From Vulcanimicrobiota bacterium (GTDB lineage: Bacteria > Vulcanimicrobiota > Vulcanimicrobiia > Vulcanimicrobiales > Vulcanimicrobiaceae), in contig JAFAXE010000075.1 of the NCBI GenBank assembly GCA_019241305.1, positions 6,865-70,864 of the forward strand: 64,000 bases of DNA. The letters are read 5' to 3'. The stretch's first letter is position 1, and each line of letters starts with the position of its first letter. The notes beneath the pieces were generated by a model. It made no database searches. It saw only the letters and a list, made by a program, of their open reading frames with translations, and had not been told where the DNA came from. Positions 1 through 9,355 of this stretch are shown one piece after another. The position numbers and the translations under genes are program-made.

Positions 1-1
1 G

Positions 2-505
2 GACCCCGCGAAGATTCTCGACGCCTTCAATGTCCTGTTTCTCGATAGCATCAAAGATCCAGGGCTGTTCGTCGTCGCCTTCGTCGGCGTGCTCGACGCG
101 GCTACCATGCAGCTTCACTATGCAAGCGCCGGTCATGCCGGGGCGTTTTTACGGCGCGGCGCCGACGTGCTGCAGCTGGGCGTTACGGGACCGATCGTCG
201 GCCTCGACCGCAGCTTTACGTACACCAGTGAAACCGTCGGGTTGCGTGCCGGAGATCTGCTGGTGCTCGCAACGGATGGCCTCACCGACGCGCGCGATCG
301 CCACGGCAAGACGCTTGACGAAACGGGGGCGATGCGTCTGCTCAAAGAGAGCCCGCGCGACCCGCAAGCCTGTGCGGATCAGCTCGTTTCCGCGGTGCAG
401 CGTCGCAGCGGAGGCCGAATTTTCGACGATCTGGCACTGCTCGTGATCGGTATCGAGGAAGCTGGGCAAGAACGGCCCGAAACCGCACGGGATGCTGCAG
501 CCTAA
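2..505 (+). CDS. PP2C/SpoIIE-family protein phosphatase, C-terminal fragment (5' end outside window)
   Basis: Frame is open from the window edge to TAA 503-505. Translation contains YASAGHAGAFL, LLVLATDGLTDARD and DDLALLVIG, typical C-terminal blocks of SpoIIE/RsbU-type PP2C phosphatases. Confidence 0.8.
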   Translation, partial: DPAKILDAFNVLFLDSIKDPGLFVVAFVGVLDAATMQLHYASAGHAGAFLRRGADVLQLGVTGPIVGLDRSFTYTSETVGLRAGDLLVLATDGLTDARDRHGKTLDETGAMRLLKESPRDPQACADQLVSAVQRRSGGRIFDDLALLVIGIEEAGQERPETARDAAA

Positions 506-525
506 CGTTCGAGACGAGCGCGAGC

Positions 526-2661
526 GTGGCTGAGCGCAAGGTTTCCTCCGTTCCGAAGTCCCTCACTGACCTGCGTGGCGTCGGACCCGAAGTGGCGCGA
601 CGTTTTGGGACCCTCGACATTCGTACGCCGGCAGAACTCGCTGCAACGTATCCGCGGGACTATCGGGATTGGCGCGTCCCGTCGTCGATCGCTGACATCC
701 ACCGGCGCGCGCTCGCTCGTTCGACCGCGAATGCACATGAGTCGGTCGAAGAGATCGCCGTCGCGACGGTTCGCGCCGTACACGAGGTTCGGGCACGCAT
801 CCCCATCGTATCGGCAGAGTTGCACGACGGCACAGGGCGTCTCACAGCGACGTGGTTCGGCAGACGCGGCGTCGGCGGCCGCCTCACGGCGGGAGACCGC
901 GTCTTCGTGCACGGGCGCGTCGCCATGAAACGCTCGAGGACGGGTGGGATCGCGGTGGAGATGAACGTTTTGCACCATCGCGTGCTGCACGGGGATGAAG
1001 AGTATCGCGGCGCAGTCGTCCCAGTCTATCCGGCCGGTAAGGCGATGCCCTCGCGCATCATCGGCAGCATTATCGAGCGCAACCTCGATGCGCTGGAAAC
1101 GTTCGTTCGCGACTTCCTCCCGCCCGACGTTGCACAGCGGCATGGTTACGGTTCACTCCGCGCGGCCTGGCGCGAGGTTCATCGTCCCCGCTCCCCGGAG
1201 GCGGCTGCTCGCGCTCGCGAGCGGATCGTGTTCGATGAGTTTTTCGGCGTTGCCCTGGCCGCCGCACTCAAACGTGCGGAGCGCATTGCGCTTGGCGGCG
1301 CAACGCCGCTCGAAACCGGGAAAGAGGCGCTCGAGTCGTTTGAGGCGTCGTTGCCATTTGCGCCCACGACGGCGCAGCGGCGGGTTATCGGCGAAGTGAC
1401 GGCGGATTTGGCGCGATCCGCACCGATGAATCGCCTCCTTCAGGGTGAGGTGGGGAGCGGCAAGACGCTGGTGGCCGCCGCCGCAATCGTGGTCGCTGCG
1501 CGTAGCGGCGTGCAAAGCGCTCTCATGGCGCCAACTGAGGTGCTGGCCGTCCAACATGCTAGGAAACTCGCACCATTGCTGCTGCCGCTTGGGATTCGGC
1601 TCGAAGTGGTGCTCGGGAGCCAAGGGACGCGCGCGCGCAACGAGGCGCGGGGACGCTTGGCGAGCGGGGAATGCGACATCGCCGTTGGGACCCACGCGCT
1701 GTTGACGGAAAACGTGACGTTCCGCCGTCTTGCACTCGCAATCATCGACGAGCAACATCGCTTCGGCGTGCTGCAGCGAGCCCGGTTGCGCGGTAAAAGC
1801 GGTACGCCGCACACGCTCTATATGACGGCGACGCCGATTCCGCGGACGTTGGCGCAGACAAAATACGCCGATCTCGACCTTTCGGTACTCGATGAACTGC
1901 CGCCGGGAAGAATCGCGGTGAAGACGTTCGTCTTGCGTGAAAGCCGCAAGCCCAAAGCATATGAATTCGTGCGGGCGTCCGTGCAAAAAGGTCAGCAAGC
2001 CTTCGTCGTCGCTCCGGCGATCGACGAAGGGGAAGCGAGCGACGTGGAGAGCGACGCAGCCTTGACGAGCGCGACGGCCGAGTTCGAGCGCCTGCGCCGG
2101 GACGTCTTTCCGGAACTGCGCGTGGGGCTGTTGCACGGTCGAATGACTCCACGCGATAAGGATGCCACGATGGAACGCTTTGGGCGCGGCGAGATCGACG
2201 TCTTATTGGCAACGACGGTCGTCGAGGTGGGCGTCGACGTCCCGGGGGCGAGCGTGATGGTGGTTTTGGATGCTCACCGCTATGGGCTCGCTCAACTGCA
2301 CCAGTTGCGCGGCCGCGTCGGCAGAGGAACGGCGCAGTCGTACTGCCTGCTCATCGCACCGGACGGCAAAGCGGAGGTGGAGCGGCTCGAGGTGCTCGCG
2401 CGGACCAACGACGGATTCGAAATCGCGGAAGAAGATTTGCGACTGCGCCGTGCGGGTGAGTTTGCCGGCACCGCGCAGGCCGGTGGAGAGGGAGGGATGC
2501 TCGGCGACGTGCAGCGCGACTTCGCCCTGTACATGAAAGCGAAGCGCGATGCCGATCAGCTGATCGCGAGCGACCCCGAGCTGCAACGACCCGAACACGC
2601 CTCCTTGCGTTCCTTGCTCGATGCCGACCGAACGCAGCGTGCGACGCTGGTGAGTTCGTGA
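526..2661 (+). CDS. recG: ATP-dependent DNA helicase RecG
   Basis: 711-aa ORF with Walker A GEVGSGKT, IIDEQHRFGV, MTATPIPRT and HQLRGRVGRG helicase motifs. Length and architecture fit RecG. Confidence 0.93.
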   Translation: MAERKVSSVPKSLTDLRGVGPEVARRFGTLDIRTPAELAATYPRDYRDWRVPSSIADIHRRALARSTANAHESVEEIAVATVRAVHEVRARIPIVSAELHDGTGRLTATWFGRRGVGGRLTAGDRVFVHGRVAMKRSRTGGIAVEMNVLHHRVLHGDEEYRGAVVPVYPAGKAMPSRIIGSIIERNLDALETFVRDFLPPDVAQRHGYGSLRAAWREVHRPRSPEAAARARERIVFDEFFGVALAAALKRAERIALGGATPLETGKEALESFEASLPFAPTTAQRRVIGEVTADLARSAPMNRLLQGEVGSGKTLVAAAAIVVAARSGVQSALMAPTEVLAVQHARKLAPLLLPLGIRLEVVLGSQGTRARNEARGRLASGECDIAVGTHALLTENVTFRRLALAIIDEQHRFGVLQRARLRGKSGTPHTLYMTATPIPRTLAQTKYADLDLSVLDELPPGRIAVKTFVLRESRKPKAYEFVRASVQKGQQAFVVAPAIDEGEASDVESDAALTSATAEFERLRRDVFPELRVGLLHGRMTPRDKDATMERFGRGEIDVLLATTVVEVGVDVPGASVMVVLDAHRYGLAQLHQLRGRVGRGTAQSYCLLIAPDGKAEVERLEVLARTNDGFEIAEEDLRLRRAGEFAGTAQAGGEGGMLGDVQRDFALYMKAKRDADQLIASDPELQRPEHASLRSLLDADRTQRATLVSS

Positions 2662-3311
2662 TGCTCGACGTTGCGGCCGTCGGCTTCGATTTCGATCATA
2701 CGCTTGGCATCGATCATCGTCTCGAGCGCGACGTCGCGCTGGAGATCCTGGGCGGCCACGATGAACAGCGCGTGAACGAGGCGCTCGCCGCGTTCCGGAG
2801 CGGCTCACAGACGATTGCGGATGCAATGGAAGCGATCGGTGTCGACGTTCGGCGTTTTCGTGAACTCGTGCTCGAGCGTGCGCCCCGCTACGTCGAGGCG
2901 CTTCCCGGTGCGCGGGATATCGCCGCGACGCTCCAAGCGCGCGGTCTCACCGTCGCCATCCTGAGCAATGGCTGGAGTCCTTTGCAGGAACTCAAAGCGA
3001 AGTTGATCGGTTTTCCCGGACCCGTGTTGGTCAGTGAGGTCATCGGCATCCGAAAACCCAACGTGGAAGCGTTCCGTTCTCTCGAGCGGGTTCTCGGCGT
3101 GCCGGCTGCTCGCGCGGCGTACGTCGGCGATGAACCGGAGATCGATGTCGCCGGCGCTCTGTGGGCCGGCATGAAAGCGGTGTGGTTCGACTGGGAAGGC
3201 AAGACTTATCCACAGCACGTCGTCCCGCCGACCTTGCGCATTTCGTCGCTGGTCGAACTCGCGCAAGCGCTTCCAGGGCCGGTTTCCGGAGCGGCGAAGC
3301 CGACCGCATGA
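2658..3311 (+). CDS. HAD-superfamily hydrolase
   Basis: GTGA overlap with the recG stop. HAD motifs FDFDHT (I), ILSNG (II) and YVGDEPEIDVAGA (IV). Confidence 0.85.
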   Translation: MMLDVAAVGFDFDHTLGIDHRLERDVALEILGGHDEQRVNEALAAFRSGSQTIADAMEAIGVDVRRFRELVLERAPRYVEALPGARDIAATLQARGLTVAILSNGWSPLQELKAKLIGFPGPVLVSEVIGIRKPNVEAFRSLERVLGVPAARAAYVGDEPEIDVAGALWAGMKAVWFDWEGKTYPQHVVPPTLRISSLVELAQALPGPVSGAAKPTA

Positions 3312-3329
3312 GGACGGCGCGGCCCACGC

Positions 3330-3875
3330 GTGTCGATGCGGCTTAGCGGAGGAGCGCTGCGCAGCCGGCGCGTTGCGGTTCCGCGCGGGGCGGAAATTCG
3401 GCCGACACCGGGACGCGTGCGTGAAGCGCTGTTTTCGATCATCGGTACGCGCGTCAACGGAGCACGCGTGCTCGACGTGTACGCCGGGACGGGGATCGTC
3501 GGATTCGAGGCGCTCTCGCGCGGTGCGGCACATGTGACCTTTATCGAGGCTCGCCAGCGCACCGCCGCGCAGATTCGTGCGCTTGCCGCTGAGCTGGGAG
3601 TCAGCGAACGCGTTTGGGTCCTGGCCGTTTCGGCCGAGCGCGCCCCCGCGTTGCTGCACGAGCCGTACGACATTGTCTATGCCGACCCGCCCTATGCCCG
3701 CGGACTTCCAGCCGGCTTGTTTGCACGCTTACGTTTGCGCGGTGTGATCGATACGAAAACCCTCGTGATCTACGAGCATCGTGCCGCCGCGCCGATGCTC
3801 CCAGAAGGTATGCGAAGCTTGCGCCTGGCGCGCTACGGTGACGTTGCGCTGTCCTTCATGCAGCCGGATGGGTGA
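3330..3875 (+). CDS. rsmD: 16S rRNA (guanine966-N2)-methyltransferase RsmD
   Basis: RPTPGRVREALFSII, SAM-binding VLDVYAGTGIVGFEALSRGA and the ADPPY motif. Conserved position upstream of coaD. Confidence 0.85.
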   Translation: MSMRLSGGALRSRRVAVPRGAEIRPTPGRVREALFSIIGTRVNGARVLDVYAGTGIVGFEALSRGAAHVTFIEARQRTAAQIRALAAELGVSERVWVLAVSAERAPALLHEPYDIVYADPPYARGLPAGLFARLRLRGVIDTKTLVIYEHRAAAPMLPEGMRSLRLARYGDVALSFMQPDG

Positions 3876-4407
3876 CGGCGCGGCGTCCCGGCAAAGCCAC
3901 GCGGTGTACCCGGGTTCGTTCGATCCGCCGACCAACGGCCACTTGGACGTGATCGAACGCGCCGCAGCGATATTCTCGCGGCTCACGGTCGCGGTGGTGG
4001 TGAATCCACAGAAGCGGGACCCGCTCTTCGCCCTCGACGAGCGGGAGGAGATGCTACGTGCGTCCACGCATCGGCTCGCCAACGTCCGCGTCGAGCACTT
4101 CAGCGGTCTCCTCGCCGATTTCGTGCTGGCGGTGCGCGCGGACGTCATCGTCAAAGGGTTGCGAGTGGTTTCCGACTTCGAGAGCGAAATGGCGTTCGCT
4201 CATATGAACCGCGCGTTGTGCGGCGTCGACACGATGTTTCTCATGGCGCACGGGGCATATTCGTTCATCAGTTCCAGCCTCGTCAAGGAAGTGTTTTTGC
4301 AGAACGGCGACGTAGCGCAATTCGTGCCTGCCAGCGTTCTGCGGTCGTTACAAGCAAAGCGCGAAAGCGCCGGAGGTGTGCATGTCGATCTACCGCGTCA
4401 TCGATAA
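3868..4407 (+). CDS. coaD: Phosphopantetheine adenylyltransferase
   Basis: ATG 3868 overlaps the rsmD stop (TGA 3873-3875). AVYPGSFDPPTNGHLDVIERA (nucleotidyltransferase HxGH-type motif) and ISSSLVKEV. The listed ORF start at 3781 lies inside rsmD and is rejected. Confidence 0.9.
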   Translation: MGDGAASRQSHAVYPGSFDPPTNGHLDVIERAAAIFSRLTVAVVVNPQKRDPLFALDEREEMLRASTHRLANVRVEHFSGLLADFVLAVRADVIVKGLRVVSDFESEMAFAHMNRALCGVDTMFLMAHGAYSFISSSLVKEVFLQNGDVAQFVPASVLRSLQAKRESAGGVHVDLPRHR

Positions 4408-4936
4408 GCTGGAGAATTACGTCCGCGAAGGGACCTGGCTGCCGTTCGGCATGCGCGTCCTTAGCGAAGAGCGCCTCATCGAGTTCATCGAAAAGATGCG
4501 GTCGACGCTTCCCGAGGAGGTAGGGCGCGCCAAGGTCATCGCGACGAATAAGGAGCGTGTGATCCGCGAGGCACAAGAACGGGCTCAGTCGATCGTCGAC
4601 GAGGCAACGACGGCGCACTCCCAGCTCGTCGATCAGTCGGAGATCGTTCGTCAAGCGCGCGCCACCGCCGAAGTCGTGTTGCGTGAGGCTGAAGAAAAGG
4701 CGCAACGGATCCAGCAAGGCGCAGATGGCTACGCGGCGCAACTATTGGCGGAACTCGAAAACCGCCTTTCGTCCGCGCTGGGTTCCGTGCGTAAGGGTCA
4801 GGACGCGTTGACGCGGCAGCGCCCTGGGGCCACGGTCGATGCACCGTTAGCGGAAGCCGCTGCGAAGACGAAGCGTGTCGCCTTCGACGCGCAAAACGAG
4901 ACCCTCGAGTTGCCGCCGGTGGAGATTACACCGTAA
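4382..4936 (+). CDS. Coiled-coil protein of unknown function (ATP synthase b / V-ATPase stalk-like helical repeat)
   Basis: ATG 4382 is preceded by GGAGG (4372-4376). Long charged Glu/Ala/Arg/Gln-rich helical region. Sits between coaD and the YlbL-like protease. Confidence 0.6.
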   Translation: MSIYRVIDKLENYVREGTWLPFGMRVLSEERLIEFIEKMRSTLPEEVGRAKVIATNKERVIREAQERAQSIVDEATTAHSQLVDQSEIVRQARATAEVVLREAEEKAQRIQQGADGYAAQLLAELENRLSSALGSVRKGQDALTRQRPGATVDAPLAEAAAKTKRVAFDAQNETLELPPVEITP

Positions 4937-4959
4937 CGCCGGCCCACAAGACGCGTATC

Positions 4960-5925
4960 GTGGTGCGAGGCGGCGTCCGTCCGTCGCTCGTCGCCGCGCT
5001 CCTGTTCGCGATGCTGATTGCGCTCGTTCCGACGCCGTATTGGATTCTCGCTCCCGGCAACGCCGTCGATTTGAGCGAGGCGGTGACCGTCGAAGGGCAC
5101 GCGCCGCCAGTCGACCGTTTTTACCTCACCGACGTGACGGTGCAACATCCGAGTACGCTACAACTCCTGCGCGGGCTCCTCACCGGCGCGCGCGTCGTCC
5201 GGCGCGACGCTATCGTTCCGTGGGGCATTTCCACGTCGTTGTACGACCGCCGTTTGCTCGGTGCGATGGAAGAAAGCGAAGCGACGGCGGCGGTCGTCGC
5301 GGAACGTGCCGCGGGCTTTTCCGTCGCGGATGCCCCCACCCATGTCGTGGTGAGCGAAATCCTTCCGGGATCTCATGCCGCCGGCATCCTCTACCCGGAT
5401 GATGAAGTCATACGGATCGACGGGATGAGGGTCAGCACTTTACCGGCGATTCGCCACGCGCTCGCGGCTGCTCCGCCTGGCGCGTACTTATCACTCCTCA
5501 TTCGCCGCAACGAAAGACTGCTCGCGGTGCGCGTTCCAACGCTTTCCCGAGCCAGCGGCCCGCGGATCGGGATCGCACTCGAACGGCGTCAGGACAGTCC
5601 GACGCTTCCCGTTCCCGTTCGCTATGCACTCGGCGATGTGGGGGGCAGTTCGGGCGGCCTCATGCTCGCGCTGCAAATTTATAATGCGCTGCGCGGCGAT
5701 CGGCGCCATCACGGCACGACGATTGCGGGGACCGGAACGATCGCGCTGGACGGAACCGTCGGGCCGATCGAGGGGACGTTGCAGAAGTTGATCGCGGCGA
5801 AGCGCGCAGGCGCGCGTATTTTTCTTGTCCCGCGACAAAACTTTGCCGACGTCGCCGGTGAAGGCGGCGTGCGCGTCATCCCGGTCGCTTCGTTTCGCGA
5901 CGCACTGCGCGCGTTAGCCTCTTAG
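4960..5925 (+). CDS. YlbL/SepM-like PDZ domain plus Lon-type (S16) serine protease
   Basis: N-terminal TM helix and a PDZ-like middle segment. C-terminal Lon proteolytic motifs DVGGSSGGLMLAL and LIAAKRAGARIFLVP. Confidence 0.8.
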   Translation: MVRGGVRPSLVAALLFAMLIALVPTPYWILAPGNAVDLSEAVTVEGHAPPVDRFYLTDVTVQHPSTLQLLRGLLTGARVVRRDAIVPWGISTSLYDRRLLGAMEESEATAAVVAERAAGFSVADAPTHVVVSEILPGSHAAGILYPDDEVIRIDGMRVSTLPAIRHALAAAPPGAYLSLLIRRNERLLAVRVPTLSRASGPRIGIALERRQDSPTLPVPVRYALGDVGGSSGGLMLALQIYNALRGDRRHHGTTIAGTGTIALDGTVGPIEGTLQKLIAAKRAGARIFLVPRQNFADVAGEGGVRVIPVASFRDALRALAS

Positions 5926-5962
5926 CTTCCCACCGCGGCATTTGCCGGTAGTTTAAACGCCG

Positions 5963-6517
5963 ATGGTGCATGCGGTATGCGTCTTCTGTGGCTCGAGCAC
6001 AGGAACGCAGCGGGTTTTTTCAGACGCAGCGCGCGAGCTCGGAACCCGGATCGCGCAGCGCGGATGGCGGGTCGTCTATGGTGGCGGCAGCATCGGTTTG
6101 ATGGGCGTGCTCGCCGATGCAGCACTCGCGGCCGGCGGCGAGGTGGTGGGCGTCCTTCCCGGGGCGTTGTTTACGACGGAAGTGGCGCATCCCGGACTTA
6201 CGGATCTGCGCAGCGTCGGCTCGATGCACGAACGTAAAGCCCTCATGACGGAACTCGTGGACGCTTTCATCGCCTTACCCGGCGGCTTTGGAACGTTCGA
6301 CGAGCTGTTCGAAGCGACCACGTGGGCACAGTTACGGATCCATCGCAAACCGATCGCAATACTCGACGTCGCGAACTATTTCACGCCGTTCCGCGACCTG
6401 GTGGCGCGCGCCGTCGCCGACGGCTTCATCCGTCCGGAACACGCAGCCCTCCTCTCATACTTCACCGACGTCGACGCGCTCCTCGACCACCTCTCCGCGC
6501 ACGCTCTGCAACCGTAA
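5963..6517 (+). CDS. LOG-family (TIGR00730-type) nucleotide 5'-monophosphate nucleosidase
   Basis: GGGSIGLMG and PGGFGTFDELFE (PGGxGTxxE LOG signature). 184 aa, a typical size. Confidence 0.88.
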   Translation: MVHAVCVFCGSSTGTQRVFSDAARELGTRIAQRGWRVVYGGGSIGLMGVLADAALAAGGEVVGVLPGALFTTEVAHPGLTDLRSVGSMHERKALMTELVDAFIALPGGFGTFDELFEATTWAQLRIHRKPIAILDVANYFTPFRDLVARAVADGFIRPEHAALLSYFTDVDALLDHLSAHALQP

Positions 6518-6678
6518 CCGCCCGCATTGGTACAGCATGGCGCACCACGTGAACGCAAGGCGTCGCTCATGTCACCCAGCCTTGTATTTTCCTCAGGGCT
6601 CCGCACCGCCGTGTTGGAAAGCGGTGTTGCGACGCCGACATTGTTTTCTTCCTCTGTCTTTCAATTGCTCGGCGTCGG

Positions 6679-7006
6679 CCGACATTGTGCTTCAAAACCG
6701 CTCGTCGCTCGCCATCGTGGCTCGCTCCTGGCTCGACGGCCTCGGCCCTCTCACCCTCCATGGTTCCGGGCCTCGGTCCGACGTTTCTCAGCACAAACGT
6801 CGGCCGCCGCCTCGCTTTACAAAGATATGCAATGTCGGCATCGCAAGTATCGTGCTTTGCCAGCGACGGGACGCCGGCGGAGTGACGTTTCATTGAGCAA
6901 GCTCGGACGAGCGAGCGTAGCCATGGAGGGCGAGAGCGAGCGAGCCGAGCAGCCAGGAGCGAGCCCGGATGGCGAGCGACGAGCGGTTGCGAGATGGAAT
7001 GTCGCT
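6679..7006. repeat. Pair of ~125-nt inverted repeat copies (6679-6803 and 6882-7006) in a 600-nt convergent intergenic gap; MITE/REP-like
   Basis: Perfect inverted blocks AACCGCTCGTCGCTCGCCATC (6696-6716 / 6968-6988), GGCTCGCTCCTGGCT (6719-6733 / 6951-6965) and CCCTCCATGG (6754-6763 / 6921-6930). Mirror-image pseudo-ORFs appear on both strands. Confidence 0.8.
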
Positions 7007-7119
7007 CCGGCGGCGGCACGTCGCGTGCTTAACGCATCTCGTAACGGGATCGTTGTGAGTGTGCTGCTTTGTTTGCGATGAAGAAGCCGTCTCTGACGAC
7101 GCGTTATGAAGAAAACAAA

Positions 7120-8298
7120 CTAGGGAGCGTGCAAAGGGGCGTCGAGCGCGAGTGCGACGGTGGTGCGGATGCCCGTCAAGAGCGCCTGTTCGTCGATGTC
7201 GAACTTCCCGTGATGGTTTGGGTAGGCCGTCCGTTCGCTGCTCATGCTGCCGACGAAGTAGAAGCACGAGGGAACGGCCTGCGCGAAGTACGAGAAGTCT
7301 TCGCTCCCCATCACTTGCGGTGACGTGATGACGCGTTGCTCGCCGAGCAGCTTCGCGATCAGCTCGCGGGCGTACGCCGCTTGCGCCGCGTCGTTCACGG
7401 TGACCGGAAAGCCGGGCTTCAGGTCGAGCGAGAACGTTGCTCCGTTCGCTTCGCACGTTCCGGCAATGACGCGACGGATTCGTTCGGGCATCTCGGCACG
7501 CACGGCCTCGTTGAAGGTCCGGATCGTCCCGCGCAGCGTCGCCTCGCTCGGGATCACGTTGTACGTCGTGCCGGCGTGCAGCGAGCAGACGCTGACGACG
7601 GCGGGCTCGACCGGATCCGTTTGGCGGCTTACGACGTGCTGAAGGGCGACGACGACGGACGAAGCGGTGAGAATCGGGTCGACCGACATGTGTGGAAGTG
7701 ACGCATGGCCGCCACGTCCCTGCACGGTCACATCGATTTCATCGGAGGATGCCAGCATAGGGCCGCTGCGAAACGCCGTGATTCCGAGCGGCAGGTACGA
7801 CGTCAGATGCAGCCCGTACGCGCGCTCGACGCCGAACCGCTCCAGCGCACCTTCCTCGATCATGAGGCGCGCTCCACCGCCGCCTTCTTCGGCGGGTTGA
7901 AAGAAGAACGCAATGGTGCCGGCGAGATCGTTGCGCCGCTCCGATAAGACCGCAGCAGCGCCGAGCAGAATGGCGACGTGACCGTCGTGGCCGCATGCAT
8001 GCGCAACGCCGTCAACCGCAGACCGGTAGTCGTGATCGTTTTCTTCCGGCATCGGCAAGGCATCCATGTCGGCGCGGAGCATGATGGTGCGTCCCGGTAG
8101 CGAACCGCGAAGCACGCCAACAACGCCGGTTTTCGCGATTCCCTCGTGCACGTCGATGCCGAGACGGCGCAGGCGTTCCGCCACGATCGCACTCGTCCGG
8201 TGTTCGGAAAAACCCAGTTCGGGATGCCGATGGACGTCCCGCCGAGTCGCTATGGCTTGCTCGAAAACAGAATTGGGAACGTCGATGGTCGCCGTCAT
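7120..8298 (-). CDS. M20-family amidohydrolase (N-acyl-amino acid / hippurate hydrolase type)
   Basis: 392 aa with metal-ligand blocks GVAHACGHDGH and FFFQPAEEGGGGA, typical of the M20D subfamily. Confidence 0.88.
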   Translation of the reverse strand: MTATIDVPNSVFEQAIATRRDVHRHPELGFSEHRTSAIVAERLRRLGIDVHEGIAKTGVVGVLRGSLPGRTIMLRADMDALPMPEENDHDYRSAVDGVAHACGHDGHVAILLGAAAVLSERRNDLAGTIAFFFQPAEEGGGGARLMIEEGALERFGVERAYGLHLTSYLPLGITAFRSGPMLASSDEIDVTVQGRGGHASLPHMSVDPILTASSVVVALQHVVSRQTDPVEPAVVSVCSLHAGTTYNVIPSEATLRGTIRTFNEAVRAEMPERIRRVIAGTCEANGATFSLDLKPGFPVTVNDAAQAAYARELIAKLLGEQRVITSPQVMGSEDFSYFAQAVPSCFYFVGSMSSERTAYPNHHGKFDIDEQALLTGIRTTVALALDAPLHAP

Positions 8299-8317
8299 CT
8301 GCGTGGAAGCTCGCTTA

Positions 8318-9307
8318 CTAGATCGGCGGCGCCTGGACGTTCCGTGCGAAAGCTTCCAATCGGACGCGATCGAGAGCCTTCACCCGTCCACGATCCAACT
8401 CGACGACGCCCGCGTTCTTGAGGCGCAACAGGGCGCGCGCCGCCATATCGCGGACCGTGCCGGCGGCTGCGGCAATTTGCGCCTGCGAAAGATTTTCGAC
8501 GCCTGAGAGACCTTTCGCCATTCCGGTCGTGGCGGGAGCATACGAAAGCAGAAACTTTGCAACGCGTTGCAGGACATGGGCGAATGCCAGGTCGGCGATC
8601 GTGTCTATAGAGCGCCGCCGCGCTTGCGACATCTCGGTCAAAAATCCGATCGCGACGTCGCTGTCGGCCCGGCACGCACGCAACACCGCCTCCTGAGGCA
8701 AAAGGACGAGCGCGCAGTCGATGAGCGCCTCAGCGCGCGTCGTCGCGCCTCCACCGTCGAACGTCGACGTCTCGTTCAAGGGGTCGTGGGCGAGCCGCTC
8801 TCCCAACGAATGGGTCTTCCCGTCGGCGGAGAGCAAGCTGTATACCACCTTGCCCGAACGGACGAACGCGAGATATGGCCACATCTCACCTTCATCGAAA
8901 ATGAGTTCCGCGGCTCGGTAGGAGCGTTCCGATGCGGTCGCTGAGAGTTCGCGAACCGTCGCCTGTCGGGCATTGATGAACGGCGTGCAATGCGACAAGA
9001 AGGTTGCCACATCAGCGCGTTCGTCGATGCGCTCGATACGCACGGTCCAACGCCCGGAGCCGCGATTTCGAGCGACCCACGAAAAGCGGCCCGCACGCCG
9101 TTGCTGCAACTCGTTGCGGAGCGCTCGCGGGTCTCGCTCGTCCGGCAACTCCAAAACGCCGCCCATTTGCAGGCGATCGAAGGCGTCGAGAATGATTGCG
9201 TTGCGATTAGTATCGGGCAGCGAACGGCTGTCAAGCGAGATCGTTGCGGCCCGCGGGTTCGGCATAGACAAAATCTCTTCTTGGCGGCGGGCGGTCCGTG
9301 CCTGCAC
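8318..9307 (-). CDS. Crp/Fnr-family transcriptional regulator with an N-terminal DUF2249-like domain
   Basis: N-terminal ~80 aa (LDSRSLPDTNRNAIILDAFDRLQMGGVLEL..DPRAL..FSW..RGSGRWTVRIERI) resembles DUF2249. This is followed by a cNMP-binding-type beta-barrel and the C-terminal HTH LSQAQIAAAAGTVRDMAARALLRLKNAG. The start may instead be ATG 9265. Confidence 0.7.
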   Translation of the reverse strand: MQARTARRQEEILSMPNPRAATISLDSRSLPDTNRNAIILDAFDRLQMGGVLELPDERDPRALRNELQQRRAGRFSWVARNRGSGRWTVRIERIDERADVATFLSHCTPFINARQATVRELSATASERSYRAAELIFDEGEMWPYLAFVRSGKVVYSLLSADGKTHSLGERLAHDPLNETSTFDGGGATTRAEALIDCALVLLPQEAVLRACRADSDVAIGFLTEMSQARRRSIDTIADLAFAHVLQRVAKFLLSYAPATTGMAKGLSGVENLSQAQIAAAAGTVRDMAARALLRLKNAGVVELDRGRVKALDRVRLEAFARNVQAPPI

Positions 9308-9355
9308 CGACCTCCGTAAACCTTGACAAAGCTCCTGAAGGCGCCCGGCAGGGCC

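Noticed and set aside
6527-7081. 184-aa plus-strand ORF and 150-aa and 202-aa overlapping ORFs in the 6.5-7.1 kb gap
   Set aside because: Their sequences are Arg/Ser/Pro-rich and mirror each other on both strands because they are read through an inverted repeat. There are no domain-like motifs. I treat this region as non-coding repeat DNA.
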